Assembly (NCBI GenBank): GCA_964016885.1
Contig: OZ024748.1
Span: 58,342,001 to 58,406,000, forward strand
Length of the DNA: 64,000 bases
Reading direction: 5' to 3'
From: Eledone cirrhosa
Taxonomy: Eukaryota
Positions within the stretch are counted from its first letter, which is position 1. The number at the start of each line of letters is the position of its first letter. The notes under the pieces are model-generated. The model saw only the letters and a list, made by a program, of their open reading frames with translations. It was not told the origin of the DNA and searched no databases. Made by a program: the position numbers and the translations under genes. Shown here in pieces: positions 57,306 through 64,000 of the stretch.

Positions 57306-57362
57306 GTGCATGCTACTGTACGTCTGTATACATATATGTATGTACGTATACACACATACTTA
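56427..57362 (+). mobile_element. Tandem dimer of retrozyme-like family H3, 462-bp period, two intact hammerheads
   Basis: CTGATGA at 56619 and 57081; predicted GUA cleavage after 56649 and 57111; units near-identical; embedded in (TA)n. Confidence 0.9.
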
Positions 57363-57635
57363 CATATATATATATACATATTTATATATATATATTTATA
57401 TATATATATATATACATATTTATATATATATATTTATATATATATATATATACATATTTATATATATATATACATATTTATATATACATATTTATATATA
57501 TATATATATATACATATTTATATATATATATATATACATATTTATATATATATATATACATATTTATATATATATATATACATATTTACATATATATATA
57601 TATTTATACATATATATATATATATATATATATGT

Positions 57636-59270
57636 AGATAAATCTACCAAAATGTACGGCAGTGTCCAATGCGTATGAAGAACTCAATGTAATCCGAATA
57701 TCATGAAAAGAGAAGATGTATTTAAAAATCTTTTTCCGATGAAAAATACAGGATAACAGAGTCAAGATAAATTAATAAAAATAATGAATAAAAACAAAGA
57801 AACAGTTCCTTATATTAAAAAATTCATCATTTTACGATCGTTTCTAGGATATATATGTTTGTGTTGGTATGTATATCATCTAGATCTATGTAACATTTTT
57901 ACAAACTATCAGAGGGAATATACATACCTACACATATATATCCTGTCTTCAGAAATAATGATATTTGTTTATTGAAAAAAAAACAACAAAGATTTAATAT
58001 AATAGGTCTGTTTAGGAACAGGTTTTGAATTGACCAATAGAAGGGTAGTAAATGGTCAAGATGGTAAAATAGTAGTAATAGAACTTTACTTTAGGGGTAG
58101 AGGAAGGCAGATTTCAGTTTTGAATGGAAAGAGTATGATGAATGAAAAGATTATTTTAGGGATGAAAATAGGTCAAGTCTGTAAAAGGTACACGAAAAAT
58201 TGATGTTATAAAAGAATAATGCCAATGTAAATATCTAAGGAGAATAAAATTTTACGATAAATGTGTTAGTGAAAAATATCAATCTTATTTAAAATATAGG
58301 GAATTTACATCTATAAAAAGAAAATAAATTAATTAAATTCATAGGTATATTTATATTGATAAATTTATATTAATGCATATAGATATGATAAATAAGAGTT
58401 AGATGTAATTGAAGAGTGTTGCTAAAAACGAAGGGAAAATAAAAAATAATGATTATTATTATTGGGGGGGGAGGTAAATTTATTAGTGAGAAATAACAAA
58501 TTTATATAGATTATAAGGAACATAGAATCATAACCTGAAATTAAAATAGTTTATATGTATACTTAATGGTATAAATTTTAGGAAAAATAGCTGTAAAGGG
58601 AAATAAAATTATGTAGTTCATTAGTAGTAGAATATTAATTATAGGTTAACTAATTTAAAAAAAGTGTTATTATAATAATTTCTAAAGTGTATATTAATTA
58701 GGTTTATAATATTTAAAAGTTCTTCTCAGTTTATGATTACATGATATAATTAATTCCTGTCGTTTATTTAATAGGATATCCTTAGATTTCATTATTTCAA
58801 AAAGTTCCTGGGAACATAATCTACATTCATATCTATTATTTTGTTATCTATTATTATGACCTGACCCTTTTGAGCACACTCCAGGTCAGGGCATAATCTA
58901 TATTCCTCTTTCTATAATTATTAATTATTTCAGCTAAAGATGTTGTATTAGCTAATGCGGCATTTTTAAAACTGTGTTTGTGGGTATTAAATCTTCCTTT
59001 AAATTGGTTAGAAGTAGCTCCTATATATGAATAAATTGAGTCCTTAGTGTTAACTTTACATTTATATAATATGTTATTAATAAGGCAATTTCCTTTTAAT
59101 GGGCAATTTGCTTTGTTTCTAGAGTTACAACCTTTCGTGAATGCTGTATCAGAGGAGATAGTCAAATTAGGTGTGGAATTTTCACGGCTTGTTGTATGTG
59201 AATGAGACGGTGGTTTGCTGTGGTTTATTTTAATATTATGGTTAGTTTGATGTATTGGTGGTATATTCAT
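57636..59270 (-). mobile_element. 3' end of a second Penelope-like element: GIY-YIG remnant, ~1 kb 3' UTR and pLTR with hammerhead (57824-57962)
   Basis: CNSRNKANCPLKGNC..ILYKC..YIGATSNQFKGRFNTHKHSF..W, then after a frameshift CRLCSQE..LLNKRQELIISCNH (stop at ~58694); H4 hammerhead on the same strand. Confidence 0.88.
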
Positions 59271-60350
59271 GTTTTTTTTACATTTACAACAAAATATAAG
59301 TGCCTATAAGTGCCTATATTACAGATGTCAGTTCTATATTAAACATGATATATATAGAATTATGTTCATTCAACCTATATGAGTAATTACTTTAGGATAT
59401 TAGCAAATCTAATTTCTATGAAATCTAATTGTTAGAATCACCCAATATTGTTTCGGTGATTCTTATCAATTACGTCTTCCTAATGAAAAGATAAGTATAC
59501 TGCTAAAATATACTTAATTATGTAGTGCTAATAATTATGTTTGCATATAATCTTTTGTTTAGTTACTGTTTAAACTTTATAAACGTTCGCATGCCATTAG
59601 AAAATAAATATTTATACACGGTCATAAGGTTAAATACACGCTACGGATACGTAAATTATAGAAATTGACCATTTTCAAATCAAATTGGTCCATTTAATCG
59701 GTATTTATCTCTATAAATTGTAATGATAATTGTATGATAGATAATTATAACTCGAGATAAGGCAGTGGTGTATAGAAATAGAATCATCCTCCCTTGAATT
59801 ATGACTTGAACTTCTCCCAGTAAGAGGTATACCATTTCTTTCCAAATCATGTTAAATATTAATGAGAAAGTTATTAGCATATCGATCAATGCGGTACATA
59901 TCTGTATCCTTAGCGGCCTAAGCATGACAAAAATATCCGGGGTTTACTGATTGCTTGATATATATCCGCTCTGATATCTCAGTCTATTCAAATGCATACA
60001 TAGAACCGTAATTCCTGAGGGATTCGTAGGGACGCCATATTTACATACAGCGTTTCTGAAGCATTCTTAAACCTGGCAGATACCATCTCCTCTCCTGGTC
60101 AGAATACAGAAGATTTCTTCCAGAAGAGTTTAGAGAATAAGAGTAAGGAACTGGGAAAGATATATTGAGGAGGAATTGACCCTGCACTAGGCTGGTACTT
60201 TACTATCACCTTTATGTTATAGAATCGATTTGATTCGAGCTATTTTTAATAGCAAAAGTAAATAAGTTTATACATATATATATACTGAAGTAAGAGTTAA
60301 GTGAAATTAACCAAGAGTAAGAGCACTCAGTCCATAGGACGAGTTTAGTA

Positions 60351-60517
60351 TAAATAATTACAACAGTGACATAAACAGGTACTCAAGTTTCGTTGGGCTC
60401 TGAGCCCCAATAAATTCAGCCTGTCTTGAGAGGCTGTCATGAGAGGCTGGATGAATTGGGGCCCATAACCCAACAAAACATGAGTACATGTTTATGTCGC
60501 TGTTGTAATCATTTATA
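60351..60517. repeat. Inverted pair of degenerate hammerheads (family H5); related fragment at ~41168-41210
   Basis: Minus: ACAGG-CTGAATT..TTGGGGCTCAGAGCCCAAC-GAAA-CTTGAG-TA-CCTGT. Plus: CTGGATGA-A-TTGGG..CCCAAC-AAAA-CATGAG-TA. Confidence 0.7.
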
Positions 60518-60826
60518 TATATATATATATTAATTGAACGTATTAAACACATCCATGAACCCCCTCTTTCAGAAAGATTTCTTTACAGTTTTATCCCAAA
60601 TTCATTTCAATTTTCATAAATCATATATTACCAGAAAGCAATTTTCTTTATGACTAGAAGATAGTATTGTAATAAAGCTATATATTACATAGAGATATAA
60701 ATATTTCAAATATAATGAAAGCAGATTTGAATAATTATTTTCAGACTAATGAAAATCTTCTGTAAACGAGCATGAGAATTTCAATTCGATATTTCATATT
60801 TTATTTTATTCATTTTGAAATAAGGG

Positions 60827-60866
<40 letters not shown>

Positions 60867-60975
60867 TATAAAAAGTCGGGAGTCGTCGGCTGAGCTCTTG
60901 TTTCAACATTTAGTTCCAAACACTGTCTGTCTCTAAAATGGTTCTATCCGATGTTTATATATATATATTTATATA

Positions 60976-61182
60976 TAGGAACAAGTATGACCCCGACGGG
61001 AGAGCTCAAGCCGTTTCAACGGCTAATTCTGGACGTCCAGAATTTGCTGTTGAAACGGCTTGAGCTCTGCCGTCGGGGTCATACTTGTTCCTATTACCCA
61101 CTCTACTACCCTAAGTATTGCTAAGTATTGAGTACTTTGGTGCGTTATGGTCCATCTGCTTCCTTACCACTTTTCCTTCGTT
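60976..61182 (+). repeat. Same family as 4547-4736, with a palindrome (60976-61093) centred on GGACGTCC
   Basis: Reverse-complement similarity to 4547-4680; (TA)n flanks. Confidence 0.85.
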
Positions 61183-62598
61183 TTATTTATATATATATAT
61201 ATAAACAAACATGAATGTGTGTTTGTGCGTGCCTCTGCGCATGCCCCTGTGTGTATGTGTGTGTGTCTGTGTGTGTGCCAAGACTGCCAAACAGAAAACG
61301 ATATATAGCTTTGTTATAATCAGTCCCAGGTCGTTCTATTTGTACAGGGATTGTCTATTTAACTTATTATTCTTAACTTTATGGTGTTTGTTGCTGCAGG
61401 CGTTTGGCTTCCGCTTGGCCCTGATTGAGCATATCTATGTAATCAGGAGTTCCATCCATCACAATTCTGTTTGTTAAGGCCAATCTCTATCTACATATTG
61501 CAATTATTTTAAGCATCTTCCTAAGTCATTAGGTTTTGATTTGTGGGGGAATTAGCCGATATGCATACTACGTCAAGCGACCATAGAGAGGCCCCATTAT
61601 ATAAATTGAAAGAAACTGAGATCCATTAAACATGTTGGCATCTTTGAAAATGAAAGATGTTGTTACATATATCCATTCGCCATTTTACATATGTCTATAA
61701 AACATTCAGATTTGGCTAATAAGGCGTTGTGGCCTAATAGGGAAATATGTTTAAATTCACACAGAACCCCTTGCGTATGCACTGCAAACCACAGCTTACA
61801 TTACATAGTATAACAAAATATTTTGTCATCTTAGTATGCAATGTAAAATATATTTCGTCGTTCCAATTGTGATAACATAAAAATGTAAAATATGAGGAAC
61901 CATCTAAATTCGTGTAGACAGCAATGTTCTTATTTATATCTTGAAACGTAGCTAATTATCATTATATCATTTCTTTGACTATCAGTCATATGAGCTATTT
62001 GGTTTAGAACTGCAACATAACGGAATTTACTGACCAATATCTCATCTCTTATACGACGTCATTTGCTGATGAGGAAGGAATCTAATACAGTTGTAAACTA
62101 CATCCAATATATGTTACTGAAATATATATCCTATGATAAAATGACGTCCATATTCTAAGTATTGTTTCCAAGTAGGAGCTAATATGATTGCTTCTCAGAT
62201 AACATGCATGGATAATCAAATAGTATTCAACTGAATTAAAAGGAAAACATAAAATTTCTAGACACATAAACCTCTCAATCACTATTATTATCATTTTCGT
62301 CGGTGCAGTTTCAGTTATAGATACTTCATCATCTGAAACACTTAAACTTTCAAAATATTTAGCTTTTCTTGAACTAGAAATTACCCAGAAACATATATAC
62401 ATATGTTTCATAGAAGACAATTGCAATCTTGAATGTCCAATAATATTATTTACTTATCAAATCCGATGGTTAAATGATAAATGAATAGAGTATTACATGA
62501 CATAGACTGTCAATTACATTTATTCCTTAGGAATTGTCAATGCCCTGATGGCCTTTTCAAATAACGCCACTTGTATACGTAAGTATATGTTGTCTGCA

Positions 62599-62649
<51 letters not shown>

Positions 62650-64000
62650 TGTGTGTATGTTTAAATAGCTCTGGTAATATTTATGCTTGTGGGAGCGATA
62701 ACTTATTTAATATATGGATTTAGCTCACATGTTAAGGAATGATTCATGAACGTGTTCGTATAATTTCTTATAAAGATATATAAGATGTCAAATAATTATT
62801 TGGAGTGTGTTATGATTTAGTCACTGACTCTTAAAATTCTAACTACTGAGGTATTTTGCAGTGTTTAGAAGTGTGATCGCATCCTTAATTTGGAAATACA
62901 AAATGACAGCTGTCTAATAAATACTATTTCGGCATCTACACACATGCGCGCATTTTATTCATGAATGACCCTGTTTCAGACTATGATCTAATAAAATAAC
63001 GAAGAAATAGGTGACCGTTTTCCTTGCGAGCACATCCTTATGTTATTAACGAAATAGATAGTTGTGTGAAACGATTCCTGTACCTCACTTAATCGTAGGA
63101 ATAAACGTTTAAATTCATTCTAAAAAAGGTGATCAGAAGTTCTGAGAGGAATAAAACTAGTTTATATATTTAACTCAGACATATGGCCGTAAAGGTTAGT
63201 AATGTATTGATGCGGATTAAATCAAATTTGTTAATCGTTTTCATATTTTTATATTTGTGTCTATTTTCATATTTTGTCGATTTGTATTTATATTAATGAC
63301 TAGCAATGCGATGTTGGGGTGTTTCGAACTCGGAACATAAAATTGTCTAACTACATACTTCAAAAACAATTTTATAGTTCACTTCTGTTGTTTACGCTCC
63401 GACGATCTAACTAAACTAATTCAGCAATCTAAAGTTTCAGTCTCCGCATCAGTTCCTATTATCTCTAACATAATACGCAACTTCAATTAACAATTTATTA
63501 TGTTCAAATAAATAAATGCGAAGCGCATCTGTCGTTTGTTTAATGGAAATAGTTATTATTCCCATTACAAGACGGGAAGTTGCATCTCTTTCTGAAGTCA
63601 ATTTTCAAAAGTTATTTGCTTCAAATTTATAATGGTTTAACGCCAACAATACCAATAGGGAATTTATCCCATATTCCCGCCATTATCGTTCGCTCCTCTA
63701 TATTAACAAAGAAAATATTCATTGTTGGTTTGCTATTTGCAAATATTTCATTTAGATTACAATACACTTTAAAACCATGAAATTCATGTTACATTTTGTG
63801 GGATTAGAGACGGGGGGATTTTTTTCGTTAAGATCTAAGAGAAAATTATTAGTTAATTGAATTTGAATTAAGAGAGAAGTTAGTGTGTACTCATTAGGAC
63901 TGCTCTATTGTCTTGATGTACTGAGCTAAATGTTGCAATAATCATCATCATTCGCAGCACACCCAAATTATATATCATTTTCTGTCTAAACTGGGACCCG

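Larger units (their letters stand above)
59700..64000 (-). pseudogene. Toll-like receptor pseudogene: LRRs and TIR remnant; may extend past the window end
   Basis: LRR-like YLRSNHISS (~62175-62200), YFESLSVSD (~62330-62360). TIR-like RRWYLPG, NYGSMYAFE*, YLT*FGKKWYTSYWEKFK (~59805-60100). Confidence 0.5.

Overview
AT-rich, microsatellite-laden eukaryotic DNA, most likely from an octopod cephalopod (inferred from the tRNA/Meta-domain SINE and kb-long (TA)n tracts). I see no intact host gene; almost all ORFs in the track are (TA)n artefacts. Two layers explain the window. (1) Much of the unique sequence between repeats is decayed minus-strand coding DNA with LRR, LRRCT, TM and TIR motifs, i.e. 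a tandem cluster of roughly 6-9 Toll-like receptor pseudogenes with at least four TIR remnants. (2) A dense overlay of retroelements: an open-frame, 5'-truncated Penelope-like element (RT + GIY-YIG, 23046-25031), a second Penelope-like GIY-YIG 3' end (57636-59270, minus), RTE, CRE, Ingi/Vingi and mariner fragments, and about 17 SINE copies. The most striking signal is about 15 type I hammerhead ribozyme motifs in at least 6 small-element families. They include a ~450-460 nt tandem retrozyme-like family, a family with a ~100-nt stem II, and several fold-back inverted pairs, nearly all inside (TA)n. All translations and foldings were done by eye, so boundaries are approximate.
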